Below, one piece after another: positions 8,167 to 18,211 of a DNA stretch of 64,000 nucleotides. A program made the position numbers and the translations under genes. Location of the stretch: NCBI GenBank assembly GCA_043811535.1, contig JBDRNC010000003.1, positions 1 through 64,000 on the forward strand, in the 5' to 3' direction. Position 1 is the first letter of the stretch. The number at the start of each line of letters is the position of its first letter. The notes beneath the pieces were generated by a model. The model saw only the letters and a program-made list of their open reading frames with translations. It ran no database searches and was not told the DNA's origin. This stretch comes from Elusimicrobiota bacterium. Its GTDB lineage: Bacteria; Elusimicrobiota; Endomicrobiia; Endomicrobiales; JBDRNC01.

Positions 8167-9411
8167 ATGTCAAGAGACGAGATTATTACCGGAGTCGACA
8201 TAGGCAGCGGGCAGGTTTGCTGTGTAGTCGGGCGCCGCAAGGAAGAGGACGGCACGGTTGAAGTTCTAGGCGGCGCGAAGATTCCTTGCAGGGGCGTCAA
8301 GGGCGGCGTTGTGATAAACCTGCATGAAACGACATATGCCGTTCAGCAGGTAATTGAAAAGGTTGAAGAACAGGTGCAGGAAACAGTAAAGCAGATTTAC
8401 CTCGGTGTGCGCGGCAGCCATATTGAATCAATGAACGCGCGCGGCGCGATAAATATTTCAAGGACGGACAAGGAAATTGCCGCCGAGGATGTCTCGGGCG
8501 CTGTGGAGAACGCCAAGACCATCCGCCTGTCGCCCGACAGGGAGATAATGCACACGATACCGCAGGAGTTTTCGCTGGACCACCAGCGCGGCGTGCCCAA
8601 CCCCGTAGGGATGGAAGGTAATTTTCTTGAAGTTGACGTCCATATACTGACGGCGTCAACCAGCCACCTGAGCAATCTTTTCAAGGCGATCGCGCAGGCA
8701 GGATTTGACATACTGGAGCCCGTGTACGGGCTGCTTGCGGTAGGCAACGCGGTCATAACCCAGGAGGAGAAAGAACTGGGATGCCTGCTCGTTGATTTCG
8801 GCGGGTTGACCACGGGCCTTGCGGTCTATACCGAAGGAAGCATAAGGTTTTCAAAGGAGCTTCAGGTAGGCGCGGATTTTATAACGCGCGACATTTCTCA
8901 TAATTTCCGCACTTCACTTTTAACGGCGCAGAGCATCAAGGAAAAATACGGAATAGCGATGAACAGTCTGCTCAAATCGGACGTAAAGTTTGAATACACG
9001 GCTGTTGACGGCAGGACCGTCAGAGAGGCGACCAGGCGCCAGCTGGTTGAAATTATCCAGCCGCGCCTTGACCAGATATTTACGGCCATAGATCAGGAAA
9101 TAAGCGGCCAGAACCTGATTGACGCGGTGATACCCGGCGGAGTGATAATAACCGGCGGCGGCTCGCAGCTTGAAGGTTTGATCCAGGCCGCAGAGCAGGC
9201 GATGAATTCCTCCGCGAGGATCGGCCTGCCGCAGGATTACACCGGTCCCGACGAAATATTGTCAAATCCGTCGTACGCGACGGCAATCGGGCTTCTGCGC
9301 TCGGAGTTCGTAAGCAATCCGGGATGGGCGGTAAGACGTCCCTCAAAATCGGGGGCGAACGTACTCGGTGTTTTTAAGAAATTAAGGGACTGGGTAGAGC
9401 AATCTTTTTAA
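8167..9411 (+). CDS. ftsA: Cell division protein FtsA
   Basis: GVDIGS, GVKGGVV, VDFGGLTT, IITGGGSQL and YATAIGL motifs. Confidence 0.96.
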   Translation: MSRDEIITGVDIGSGQVCCVVGRRKEEDGTVEVLGGAKIPCRGVKGGVVINLHETTYAVQQVIEKVEEQVQETVKQIYLGVRGSHIESMNARGAINISRTDKEIAAEDVSGAVENAKTIRLSPDREIMHTIPQEFSLDHQRGVPNPVGMEGNFLEVDVHILTASTSHLSNLFKAIAQAGFDILEPVYGLLAVGNAVITQEEKELGCLLVDFGGLTTGLAVYTEGSIRFSKELQVGADFITRDISHNFRTSLLTAQSIKEKYGIAMNSLLKSDVKFEYTAVDGRTVREATRRQLVEIIQPRLDQIFTAIDQEISGQNLIDAVIPGGVIITGGGSQLEGLIQAAEQAMNSSARIGLPQDYTGPDEILSNPSYATAIGLLRSEFVSNPGWAVRRPSKSGANVLGVFKKLRDWVEQSF

Positions 9412-9414
9412 CAA

Positions 9415-9490
9415 CATGGCTAAACGGTCAAATGGTCAAATTGCTGAAAAGTCTTTAACAATTTAGCCATTTAGCAATTTAACAATTTAA
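9415..9490. repeat. Octamer inverted array, copy 2
   Basis: atggctaa acggtcaa atggtcaa attgctga ... ttaacaat ttagccat ttagcaat ttaacaat. Confidence 0.85.
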
Positions 9491-9493
9491 ATT

Positions 9494-10573
9494 ATGATAA
9501 GAATACGTCCGGCGGAACAAAACTCTGAAAAAGCGGCGATAATTAAGGTTATCGGCGTGGGTGGCGGCGGCTCAAACGCGGTCAATCGAATGATCGCGGC
9601 AAGCATAAGAGGCGTCGAGTTCGTAACGATAAACACGGATGTCCAGGCGCTGAGGCGTTCTTCGGCGCCCGTGCGCATACAGATAGGCGAGCAGATTTCC
9701 AGAGGGCTGGGCGTTGGGGGGAACCCTACGATAGGACAGCAGGCCGCCGAAGAGAGCCGCGAGCGGATAAAAGAACTGCTCGTGAATACCGACATGGTTT
9801 TCATAACCGCGGGCATGGGCGGAGGCACGGGAACGGGCGCGGCCCCGGTCGTAGCGAGCATAGCGCGTGCGATGGGCGTGCTTACGGTAGGCGTGGTCAC
9901 CAAGCCCTTTGAGTTCGAGCACCGCATAAGGCTTGCCCAGGCCGAAGAAGGCATAAAGAACCTTAAAAATTTCACGGATACGCTGATAATAATACCTAAT
10001 GAAAGGCTTTTCGCGATAATAGACGAACGCACTCCTATCGAGGACGCTTTTCGCATGGTTGACGACGTGCTGAGACAGGCGGTCCAGGCCATATCGGACG
10101 TCATAACCACGCCCGGCGAGATAAACGTAGATTTCGCCGATATCAAGACGATCATGCAGAATTCCGGCGAGGCGCTCATGGGTATGGGCGAAGGTTCCGG
10201 GCCGACGCGGGCAATCGATGCCGCGCGCAGGGCCATCAACAGCCCTCTTCTTGAAGACATTTCCATAGACGGCGCGAAAGGCGTCATTATCAACGTCACC
10301 GGGAATCGCAGCACTTCAATGGTTGAGGTGCGCGAAGCAGCGAACATGATAAAAGAAGCCGTTTCTCCCGAGGCGCATATATTCTTCGGCTCGGTGATCG
10401 ATCCGAACCTTGACGATAGGATAAAGATCACCGTCATCGCCACGGGCCTGCCGCCGAGAAGGCCGGGCACGGGTAAACGCAGGCATGAAGACGCGACCGT
10501 TCCTGATGAAAACAAGCCTATTGACTGGAACAGGCCGGCGTATATTAACTGGCGCCCGCGCAAGTTGAAGTAG
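9494..10573 (+). CDS. ftsZ: Cell division protein FtsZ
   Basis: [23 protein letters not shown] and INVDFAD motifs. Confidence 0.98.
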   Translation: MIRIRPAEQNSEKAAIIKVIGVGGGGSNAVNRMIAASIRGVEFVTINTDVQALRRSSAPVRIQIGEQISRGLGVGGNPTIGQQAAEESRERIKELLVNTDMVFITAGMGGGTGTGAAPVVASIARAMGVLTVGVVTKPFEFEHRIRLAQAEEGIKNLKNFTDTLIIIPNERLFAIIDERTPIEDAFRMVDDVLRQAVQAISDVITTPGEINVDFADIKTIMQNSGEALMGMGEGSGPTRAIDAARRAINSPLLEDISIDGAKGVIINVTGNRSTSMVEVREAANMIKEAVSPEAHIFFGSVIDPNLDDRIKITVIATGLPPRRPGTGKRRHEDATVPDENKPIDWNRPAYINWRPRKLK

Positions 10574-10602
10574 GATAAACTACATATACATCATTGGTTA
10601 GG

Positions 10603-11562
10603 ATGATGAAAAATAATTCTCTTGAAGACAATGCCCGGAAGAAAGGATTTTTGTTAGGAGAGTTATTAATTATATGCAGTTTTTTATTGGGATGTTTGGC
10701 GGCAATCAAGGGAGTTTGGTCGGTATTAATAGATGATAAAACGCCCTTGCTGGTTTTTTATGTTTTTTCCGCATTTGCGGGGCTGGGGATTGCGATTGGA
10801 TTGTACAAGAGAAAAAGATATGGTTTATATTTAACGTACTTCGCTGGTCTCCTGAGCATACCAACCGGCATACTTATATTTTATCAGAACATGCCCGGCC
10901 CTATTAAACTACTCGGAATCGGATTATGTGTATTCGGCGTTCTTTGGTTCTTTTATTCCATGCGCAGGCGCGGAATGTTTGCGCCCGCAAGATTTGACTG
11001 GATTGTTTTCCCGGCCGGCGTTGTTCTGCTGCTGGCAGCGGCGACTATTGCGTGGAATGATCTAAACAAAAATGAAGAAGCAGCTGCCGCATATGAAAGA
11101 TGGCAGACTGTTGAAATAAATAAGATAGGATTGTCCGTCAGCACACCGGTACCGTTATATGAAGAAAAGAATGTTTATAATCTGGATAAGAACCGCAGTC
11201 ATATAAAAGAGTATTGTGTGTATAAAGGGGGAAGCGGCAAATTGTTCTTAAGTGTTGCCGGAATGGATTACGATGTAAAACCGAATATTGGAAGTATCGC
11301 TAACAATGTGATTGCGGAAGCCAAAACAAAGTTTCGCTTAATGAGTTTTACGCACAGAAAAGAAGCAATTAGTATAGATGGAAAAAAAGGACTATTTATC
11401 CAAATGAATTACAGCTTCTTCTCAAAGAAAACTACTGTCCAGCAAGTATTTATCAGCGATGCTTATAGAATGTGGATGATAATAGTGAGTTATGAATCGC
11501 AGGATGTGAATAGTATAGCGGCGGCAAAGACAATAATTGATTCGATAAAAATCAGTTTATAA
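10603..11562 (+). CDS. Hypothetical membrane protein (about 5 TM) with C-terminal soluble PsbP-like domain
   Basis: Hydrophobic N-terminal half; C-terminus ends ...IIDSIKI. Visibly AT-richer than its neighbours. Confidence 0.6.
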   Translation: MMKNNSLEDNARKKGFLLGELLIICSFLLGCLAAIKGVWSVLIDDKTPLLVFYVFSAFAGLGIAIGLYKRKRYGLYLTYFAGLLSIPTGILIFYQNMPGPIKLLGIGLCVFGVLWFFYSMRRRGMFAPARFDWIVFPAGVVLLLAAATIAWNDLNKNEEAAAAYERWQTVEINKIGLSVSTPVPLYEEKNVYNLDKNRSHIKEYCVYKGGSGKLFLSVAGMDYDVKPNIGSIANNVIAEAKTKFRLMSFTHRKEAISIDGKKGLFIQMNYSFFSKKTTVQQVFISDAYRMWMIIVSYESQDVNSIAAAKTIIDSIKISL

Positions 11563-11597
11563 ATATTTCATATTGTTGAAAGATAGGAGAACAAATC

Positions 11598-12695
11598 ATG
11601 GAAATCAGGCCTTTGCTGCAAAAGATGCTTGAGAAAAATGCTTCGGACCTGCATATCAGAGCCAAGGACCACGCCTACATTAGAGTTGACGGCGTGCTGC
11701 ATCCTGCCGACGAGAGGATATTTACTCCGGAAGAGACGCTGTCGCTTGCGAAATCGCTTATGAACGACGAGCAGGACAAGACCTTCCGCGCGCGGCACGA
11801 GGTGGACCTTGCCTACACGTTTGAGGGATTGGGGCGTTTCAGAATCAACGTTTACAGCAATCTGGGCATAGTCAACATGGTGCTAAGGGTTGTCCCGGTG
11901 GATATTCCGACTATGGAGCAGCTGAAGCTGCCGCCGGTGATTCAAAAAATAGCGGACAACCGGCGCGGACTTGTGCTTGTTACAGGAACGACGGGCTGCG
12001 GGAAATCCACGACGCTGGCTTCAATGATAAATTATATAAACGGCGCAAGGACGGCGCACATAGTCACGATAGAAGACCCGATAGAATACATCCACAAGGA
12101 GCTGAAATCCATCATCAGCCAGCGCGAGCTCGGGTTTGACACGCTGAGTTATCCGGACGCGCTCAGGAACGTGGTCAGGCAGGATCCCAACGTTATACTG
12201 CTGGGCGAGATGCGCGACCTCGATACGATGGCGGCGGCGATAACCGCCGCGCAGACCGGGCACCTCGTGCTTTCTACGGTGCATACCGTTGACGCTGCGC
12301 AGAGCGTCAACAGGATTCTGGACATGTTTCCTCCCCACCAGCAGACGCAGATGAGATTCCTGCTTGCCGATACTCTGAAGGCCGTAATTTCCCAGCGCCT
12401 GCTTCCTCATTCATCTGGGAGCGGCAGGGTTCCGGCTGTGGAGGTCATGGTAGTTACGGCGCTCGTAAAGAAAATGATAGAAGACAACAACATCAGCGAA
12501 ATAACCAACCTTATGAAACAGGGCCAGTACTACGGCATGCAGACCTTTAACCAGGCTCTCATAAAACTCTTCCAGACCGGTGAAGTCAAACTGGAAGACG
12601 CGCTTGCCGCTGCCGCTAATCCCGAGGAACTGATGCTCAGTATCCGCGGGATTCAATCCAGCTCCGAAGACGCCAGTTCCATTTTCGACAGATAA
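11598..12695 (+). CDS. pilT: Type IV pilus retraction ATPase, PilT/PilU family
   Basis: ASDLH, VTGTTGCGKSTT, TIEDPIE, RQDPNVILLGEMRD, TGHLVLST and GMQTFNQ motifs. Confidence 0.88.
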   Translation: MEIRPLLQKMLEKNASDLHIRAKDHAYIRVDGVLHPADERIFTPEETLSLAKSLMNDEQDKTFRARHEVDLAYTFEGLGRFRINVYSNLGIVNMVLRVVPVDIPTMEQLKLPPVIQKIADNRRGLVLVTGTTGCGKSTTLASMINYINGARTAHIVTIEDPIEYIHKELKSIISQRELGFDTLSYPDALRNVVRQDPNVILLGEMRDLDTMAAAITAAQTGHLVLSTVHTVDAAQSVNRILDMFPPHQQTQMRFLLADTLKAVISQRLLPHSSGSGRVPAVEVMVVTALVKKMIEDNNISEITNLMKQGQYYGMQTFNQALIKLFQTGEVKLEDALAAAANPEELMLSIRGIQSSSEDASSIFDR

Positions 12696-12786
12696 TAGTT
12701 CCCTTTCAGGGCGACTCCGTCCAGATTTCTATGCAGATTTCTGCCTAAATATTTCCTTTAATTCTATGTTCCCATACCTTGAAATT

Positions 12787-12795
12787 TGCTATAAT
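12787..12795 (+). promoter_or_regulatory. Extended -10 promoter
   Basis: TGcTATAAT about 40 nt upstream of pgeF. Confidence 0.55.
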
Positions 12796-12837
12796 TAATT
12801 ATCTTATTTAGCTGAAAAAACAAGCAAATGAGTTGAT

Positions 12838-13503
12838 ATGTGGCAATTGGAAAACGGTCTTTGGAAGGAAACCGGTTTTCCCTTTTCCGTCTACGTGACA
12901 ACGCGTGATTCAGGCGACATGCGCGACGCGGAAAACAGGAAACGTTTCTGTTTGAAACAGGATATTGACTTTGGCAGCATAGTGACGGCCGAGCAGGTGC
13001 ACGGTAAAAAGGTTACTGTTGTTGCCGCGCCGGACGCCGGCAAGTGCGTGCCAGAAACCGACGGTTTAATCTCAAAAATCTGCGGCATAGCGCTTGCGGT
13101 TTTCACGGCGGACTGTCTTCCGGTTTTCTTCGGGAATAAAGATAAAAACGCCGCGGGGATAGTCCATGCCGGATGGAAAGGGCTGCACGCCGGCATAATA
13201 AAAGAAGCCGTTGAGCTTTTAAAGAAGACGTTTGGATTGAGACCGGAAGAAGTATCGGCCGCCATAGGACCTCATATACAGAAATGCTGCTACGAAACGG
13301 GCCCCGAGCTTTTTGACAAGTTCGGCATCGTCTCTTCCGAAAAAAACCTTGATCTGTCAGCCATCGCGTTAAAGCAGCTCGACGAATGCGGCATTAAGAA
13401 CGTGTCCGTCAGCGCTCAATGCACGCACCACGAGCACGGCATGTTTTTTTCTTACAGGAAGGATAAAACAAACAGCAGAATAATGTCTTTAATAAGAATA
13501 TAA
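12838..13503 (+). CDS. pgeF: PgeF/YfiH family protein
   Basis: EQVHG, TADCLPV, VHAGWKG, IGPHI..CCYE and FFSYR motifs. Confidence 0.92.
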   Translation: MWQLENGLWKETGFPFSVYVTTRDSGDMRDAENRKRFCLKQDIDFGSIVTAEQVHGKKVTVVAAPDAGKCVPETDGLISKICGIALAVFTADCLPVFFGNKDKNAAGIVHAGWKGLHAGIIKEAVELLKKTFGLRPEEVSAAIGPHIQKCCYETGPELFDKFGIVSSEKNLDLSAIALKQLDECGIKNVSVSAQCTHHEHGMFFSYRKDKTNSRIMSLIRI

Positions 13504-13510
13504 CAACTTA

Positions 13511-13650
13511 CCCTCCCCATTGATGATAGGGGGAAGCACGATGTGCTTCCCCACTGGGATATCCGTAGATGGGGGTGCCGGAGGGCGGGGTGGGGGTGAA
13601 ATAGAAATCACTACCCCCCCACCTGAATCCTCCCCCGCAAGGGGGGAGGA
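13511..13650. repeat. C/G-rich palindromic element (CCTCCCCCGCAAGGGGGGAGG family), copy 1, with 55-nt insert
   Basis: Stacked hairpins ending in ccacctgaatcctcccccgcaaggggggagga. Confidence 0.85.
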
Positions 13651-13664
13651 AATAAGAGGAAGTC

Positions 13665-14747
13665 ATGAAAAAAAAGACAAAGAAAGAACTTAAACAACTC
13701 AGGACGAAAATCGACGGTATTGATGCGCGCATTCTATCCCTGCTGAACGGCAGGGCAGGGCTCGTCAAGCGGATCGGAAAGGCGAAGATGAACTCCGGCG
13801 GCGGTTTCTACGCGCCGCACAGAGAGAAGATGATAATCTCATTGCTTGCGTCGAGGAACAAGGGGCCGCTTAACGCCGCTTCCGTGGAATCCATTTTCCG
13901 CGAAATAGTAAGCGTGTGCCGGGCGCTGGAATCTAAGATTAAGGTGGCGTACCTGGGGCCCGAGGCGACATTCACGCACCAGGCCGCGATAAAGAATTTC
14001 GGCGCGGCGGCGGAATACCTGCCGGCGAAGTCGATTGGCGACGTATTTAACGAAGTTGAAAAAGGCCGGGCCGATTACGGCGTGGTACCTATCGAAAATT
14101 CAACAGACGGAGCCGTCTATTACACGCTCGACATGTTCGGAGCCTCGGACCTTTCGATCTGCTCTGAGTTCAGCATGCGGATAGAGGAATGCCTGCTTTC
14201 AAGGGCTTCAGGCGCCGGAGATATAAAGAAAGTGTACTCGATAGCTTCTGCGCTTGGACAGTGCAGACAGTGGATTGAAGACAACCTGCCCGGCGTACGC
14301 ATTCAGGAAACACTTTCTACTGTAAACGCGGCGCAGAAAGCATCAAAGGAAAAGAATTCCGCTGCCATTGGCCCGCGGGCCGCGGCGGCGCTTCACGGCC
14401 TTGACGTGCTGGCGGCCGGCATAGAGGACAGCAAGGAGAATCATACAAGGTTCCTTGTGCTGGGTCATGCGATGGCCGATAGGTCGGGACAGGACAAGAC
14501 CTCTATAATGGTCTCGTTAAAGGACCGTGTCGGAGCCCTGCACGACATGCTGGTTCCGTTCAAAAAAAACAGGATAAGCCTCACAAAAATAGAATCCCGT
14601 CCCACGAAGAAAAAGGCGTGGGAATACGTCTTCTTCATAGACTTTCTCGGGCATGTTTCCGAAAAACGGGTGCAGAAGGCGCTGAAAGGACTGGAAAAAG
14701 GCTGCTCGATGATAAAGGTGCTCGGTTCGTACCCGAAAGCGGAGTAG
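13665..14747 (+). CDS. pheA: Chorismate mutase/prephenate dehydratase (P-protein)
   Basis: N-terminal CM domain, AYLGPEATFT, VVPIENS, NHTRF and TKIESRP motifs. Confidence 0.95.
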   Translation: MKKKTKKELKQLRTKIDGIDARILSLLNGRAGLVKRIGKAKMNSGGGFYAPHREKMIISLLASRNKGPLNAASVESIFREIVSVCRALESKIKVAYLGPEATFTHQAAIKNFGAAAEYLPAKSIGDVFNEVEKGRADYGVVPIENSTDGAVYYTLDMFGASDLSICSEFSMRIEECLLSRASGAGDIKKVYSIASALGQCRQWIEDNLPGVRIQETLSTVNAAQKASKEKNSAAIGPRAAAALHGLDVLAAGIEDSKENHTRFLVLGHAMADRSGQDKTSIMVSLKDRVGALHDMLVPFKKNRISLTKIESRPTKKKAWEYVFFIDFLGHVSEKRVQKALKGLEKGCSMIKVLGSYPKAE

Positions 14748-14759
14748 ATTTCCACCTAT

Positions 14760-14910
14760 CTCCTTCCCCTTTGATAATAGGGGGAAGCACAGTGTGCTTC
14801 CCCACTGGGATATCCGTAGATGGGGGTGCCGAAGGTCGGGATGGGGATGTCAAAAGGCAGGGATGGGGGGCAACCCCCCACCTCGATCCTCCCCCGCAAG
14901 GGGAGAGGAA
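14760..14910. repeat. C/G-rich palindromic element, copy 2, with 55-nt insert
   Basis: 14777-14831 matches 13526-13580 at 53 of 55 positions. Confidence 0.85.
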
Positions 14911-14926
14911 GAATAAAGGATAAGAT

Positions 14927-16054
14927 ATGAAATTCGATATCAAGAAGATGATAAGGCCGGCCGTCCGCGGTTTCATGCCCTACGTGGCCGGAAGGCCGAT
15001 AGAGACTATCAAGCGCGAACTCGGCTTGAAAAAAGTCTACAAGCTCGCGTCAAATGAGAATCCGCTGGGCCCCTCGCGCATGGCCGTCAACGCTGTCAAG
15101 AAAGCTGCGAGCAGGATATTTTTCTACCCGGATTCCAATTTCTGGGAGTTAAGGCAGGCCATCGCGAAAAAGTTCGGCCTCAAGACCGAAAACGTGATGA
15201 TAGGCTCCGGTTCGGATGAACTCATTGAGATTCTCGCCAAGGTCTTCTTCAAGCCCGAAGACGAGATCGTGGTTTCCGACCACGCTTTTATCCGGTACAA
15301 GATGGCGGGAGACCTGCTCGGGTGCAAAACGGTAACCGTCCCGATGACGGATTACACGCACGACCTTGACGCGATGCTTGCCGCCGTGACGAACAGGACT
15401 AAGGCGGTCTTCATCGCCAATCCGAACAATCCGACAGGGACGTATAATACTGCTGCGGAGTTCAAGCGGTTTATTGAGGGGCTGGCGGCTAAGCCCCTGG
15501 ATAATCTGCCGCTGGTCGTCATGGACGAGGCATACTACGAATATGCTAAAGTCCAGAAGGAGTATCCGGAAACGCTTGGCTATTTGGCAAAATACCCGAA
15601 CCTCGTGATATTAAGGACGTTCTCAAAAATATACGGGCTGGCGGGACTGAGAGCCGGATACGGTTTCTCGTCCCGGGAAGTTGTCGACTATGTTGACCGC
15701 GTAAGGCCCCCGTTTAACGTGAACCTTGTCGCGCAGGCCGCCGCCGAAGCGAGCCTGAAAGACCCGAAACAGGTCTCAAGGAGCGTCAAGCTCGTGGAAA
15801 AAGAAAAAAAGTACCTGTACTCGGAGCTCAGGAAGCTTCAGGTGCCGTATGTCCCGACAGCGGGCAACTTCGTGCTGATTGAAGTTGAACCGCTCAAGGG
15901 CGAAGATGTTTTCAGGAAGCTTCTGCAGAAAGGCATCATAGTCAGAGCGATGGGCGAATACGATTTTCCGTGCCACATCAGGGTCAGCATAGGACTGCAC
16001 GCGGAGAATGTGTTATTTATGAAAGCGCTTAAAGAAATAATAGCGCATAGTTAA
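14927..16054 (+). CDS. hisC: Histidinol-phosphate/aromatic aminotransferase
   Basis: KLASNENP, ANPNNPTG, DEAYYE and RTFSKIYGLAGLR motifs. Confidence 0.93.
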   Translation: MKFDIKKMIRPAVRGFMPYVAGRPIETIKRELGLKKVYKLASNENPLGPSRMAVNAVKKAASRIFFYPDSNFWELRQAIAKKFGLKTENVMIGSGSDELIEILAKVFFKPEDEIVVSDHAFIRYKMAGDLLGCKTVTVPMTDYTHDLDAMLAAVTNRTKAVFIANPNNPTGTYNTAAEFKRFIEGLAAKPLDNLPLVVMDEAYYEYAKVQKEYPETLGYLAKYPNLVILRTFSKIYGLAGLRAGYGFSSREVVDYVDRVRPPFNVNLVAQAAAEASLKDPKQVSRSVKLVEKEKKYLYSELRKLQVPYVPTAGNFVLIEVEPLKGEDVFRKLLQKGIIVRAMGEYDFPCHIRVSIGLHAENVLFMKALKEIIAHS

Positions 16055-16066
16055 GACTAGCTGCTA

Positions 16067-16100
16067 TGGAACATTGGAACACTGAAACATTGAAACGCTG
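16067..16100. repeat. Octamer tandem array (TGRAACAY), single arm
   Basis: tggaacat tggaacac tgaaacat tgaaacgc. Confidence 0.75.
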
Positions 16101-16125
16101 CTAAGTCGTCACTAGGAGTTAAAAT

Positions 16126-17139
16126 ATGATAATCACGCTGAAAAAAGGCGCCGTAAAGGCCGAAATAGATAAAGTAACCAAGAAGATCAGGAAACTGGGC
16201 TTCACTCCCCACGTTTCGCGCGGCGTGGATATGACCATTATAGGGATGATAGGGGAACGGGCGGAACGGTTCCGCGAGTCATTCGAATCGATGGAAGTAG
16301 TGGACCATATCAGCGAGATCGAGAAGCCCTACAAGCTCGCGAGCCGGGAGTTCAAGAAGGAAAATACGATAATTTCCGTAGGCGGCGTCAGGATAGGCGG
16401 GCGCGAGATCGTAATCATGGCCGGCCCGTGCGCCGTTGAGAGCAAAGCAAGCATAATTGAGACCGCTAAGCTTGTTAAGCGCGCTGGCGCGAAATTCCTC
16501 AGAGGCGGAGCCTTCAAGCCGCGCACGTCGCCTTATGCGTTCCAGGGACTCGGTGTAAAAGGGCTCAAGATGCTCGCGCAGGCGAAAAAGGAAACGGGAC
16601 TGCTGCTCGTCAGCGAAGCCATGACACAGGAACAGGTGCATCTCGTGCACGATTCCTGCGATATAATCCAGATAGGCGCCAGGAACATACAGAATTACGA
16701 CCTCTTGAAAGAGGCGGGCAGGCAGAGAAAGCCCGTGCTCATGAAAAGGGGTATGTCAACTACGGTAAAAGAAGTCCTTTTGTCCGCGGAATACGTTATG
16801 TCGCAGGGCAACTATAACGTCATTATCTGCGAGCGCGGCATCCGGACTTTTGAGGATTCCACGCGCAATACGCTGGACCTTAACGCGATACCGGTCCTTA
16901 AGAAACTTACGCACCTGCCGGTTTTCGTGGACCCGTCGCACGGCATAGGGATACGCGAGCACGTCGGCACCATGGCCAAAGCGGCGGTCGCCGCGGGAGC
17001 GGACGGTCTCATTCTGGAAGTCCACCCAAGGCCGGAAGAGGCGCTTTCCGATGGCCCGCAGAGCCTGCTGCCCACGCAGTTCGAGCAGTTGATGAAAGAA
17101 CTCAGGCCCATCGCGAATGCAATAGGAAGAACAATATAA
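16126..17139 (+). CDS. aroF: DAHP synthase type I-beta with N-terminal regulatory domain
   Basis: [25 protein letters not shown] and DPSH motifs. Confidence 0.95.
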   Translation: MIITLKKGAVKAEIDKVTKKIRKLGFTPHVSRGVDMTIIGMIGERAERFRESFESMEVVDHISEIEKPYKLASREFKKENTIISVGGVRIGGREIVIMAGPCAVESKASIIETAKLVKRAGAKFLRGGAFKPRTSPYAFQGLGVKGLKMLAQAKKETGLLLVSEAMTQEQVHLVHDSCDIIQIGARNIQNYDLLKEAGRQRKPVLMKRGMSTTVKEVLLSAEYVMSQGNYNVIICERGIRTFEDSTRNTLDLNAIPVLKKLTHLPVFVDPSHGIGIREHVGTMAKAAVAAGADGLILEVHPRPEEALSDGPQSLLPTQFEQLMKELRPIANAIGRTI

Positions 17140-17151
17140 CGACAGTATGTC

Positions 17152-17235
17152 TGTCATTGCGAGTCCCGTAGGGACGAAGCAATCACTGTCATTGATAATC
17201 CAGAGATCGCCACGGCCTTCGGCCTCGCGATGACA
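17152..17235. repeat. GTCATTGCGAG...CTCGCRATGAC palindromic (REP/RPE-like) element
   Basis: tgtcattgcgag [tcccgtaggga]cgaagcaatc ... gatcgccac[ggccttcggcc]tcgcgatgaca. Confidence 0.85.
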
Positions 17236-17251
17236 AAAAAGAGCAAAGCAT

Positions 17252-18136
17252 ATGAAACGCGTAGCCATAATCGGAGTTGGTCTTATCGGCGGGTCGCTAG
17301 GAATGGCGTTGAGAAAGTCCGGGAAGGGGTACAGCGTTACGGGCCTCGGCAGGAACATCGGCAGGCTCAGATCCGCCAAAAGACTCGGCGCCGTAGACGA
17401 ATACTCGATTGACTGGGAAACCGGCGTGAAAAATGCCGATATCATCGTAATCTGCACGCCCGTTGACCTTGTCGCCGCTGCCGTCAAAAAAATATTCCGC
17501 CGCGTCAAATCCGGCGCCGTGATAACCGACGCCGGCAGCGTAAAGGGCAGCGTCCTTAAGGAAGTTAATGGAATCCTGGACCCTGGCCCCCGGACCCTGG
17601 CCCCTGTCTTTGTCGGAAGCCATCCCATGGCCGGCTCGGAAAAGACGGGCGTTGGCGCGGCAAAGAGGGATCTTTTCCGCGGGGCCTCTGTTGTGTTGAC
17701 TCCGGAAAGAAAGACGCCTGGGAGAGCTGTCGCCGCCGTGGAGAAGCTGTGGCGCGACGCGGGCGCGGTTACTGTTAAAATGACGGCAGGCGAGCACGAC
17801 AGGATAGTCGCGGCCACGAGTCATCTTCCTCACGCCATAGCCTTTACGCTTTCTTCGCTGGTCGGAAAAACCGCGAAGTCGAACGGGAAGGCCGGGCAGC
17901 TTTTAGCCGGTTCTTTCAGGGACATGACAAGGATAGCGGGTTCAAACGCCGCCGACTGGGCCGTTATCAGCGCGGCCAACGGCAAAGAGCTTAATAAAGC
18001 GATATCAGAGATAATAAAAAAACTCAGAGAAGTCGGAAAAAACGTTACTAACAGGCGGAAGCTTGAAAAGATATTCATGCAAGGGAAAATTGCCCGCCAA
18101 AAACTCTTAAATAAAACAGGAAGCAGCAAGCAGTGA
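17252..18136 (+). CDS. tyrA: Prephenate dehydrogenase
   Basis: IGVGLIGGS, DAGSVK, GSHPMAGSE, HD..VA.TSHLPH and FRDMTRIA motifs. Confidence 0.93.
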   Translation: MKRVAIIGVGLIGGSLGMALRKSGKGYSVTGLGRNIGRLRSAKRLGAVDEYSIDWETGVKNADIIVICTPVDLVAAAVKKIFRRVKSGAVITDAGSVKGSVLKEVNGILDPGPRTLAPVFVGSHPMAGSEKTGVGAAKRDLFRGASVVLTPERKTPGRAVAAVEKLWRDAGAVTVKMTAGEHDRIVAATSHLPHAIAFTLSSLVGKTAKSNGKAGQLLAGSFRDMTRIAGSNAADWAVISAANGKELNKAISEIIKKLREVGKNVTNRRKLEKIFMQGKIARQKLLNKTGSSKQ

Positions 18137-18206
18137 GCAGGAAGCGAAAACATACCGGCTAAAAATAAAATAAAATTTGAGATACGAGTCCCGAGATACG
18201 AGCCAC
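18117..18206. repeat. Hybrid heptamer array (CAGGAAG arm + GAGATAC arm)
   Basis: caggaag cagcaag cagtgag caggaag (contains the tyrA stop) ... gagatac gagtccc gagatac gagccac. Confidence 0.8.
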
Positions 18207-18211
18207 AAACT

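Noticed and set aside
9487..10563. 358-aa minus-strand ORF
   Set aside because: It is the antisense shadow of ftsZ with no recognisable motifs.
12720..12770. CAGATTTCT direct repeat after pilT
   Set aside because: Only two clear copies with irregular spacing, too weak to assign to a family.
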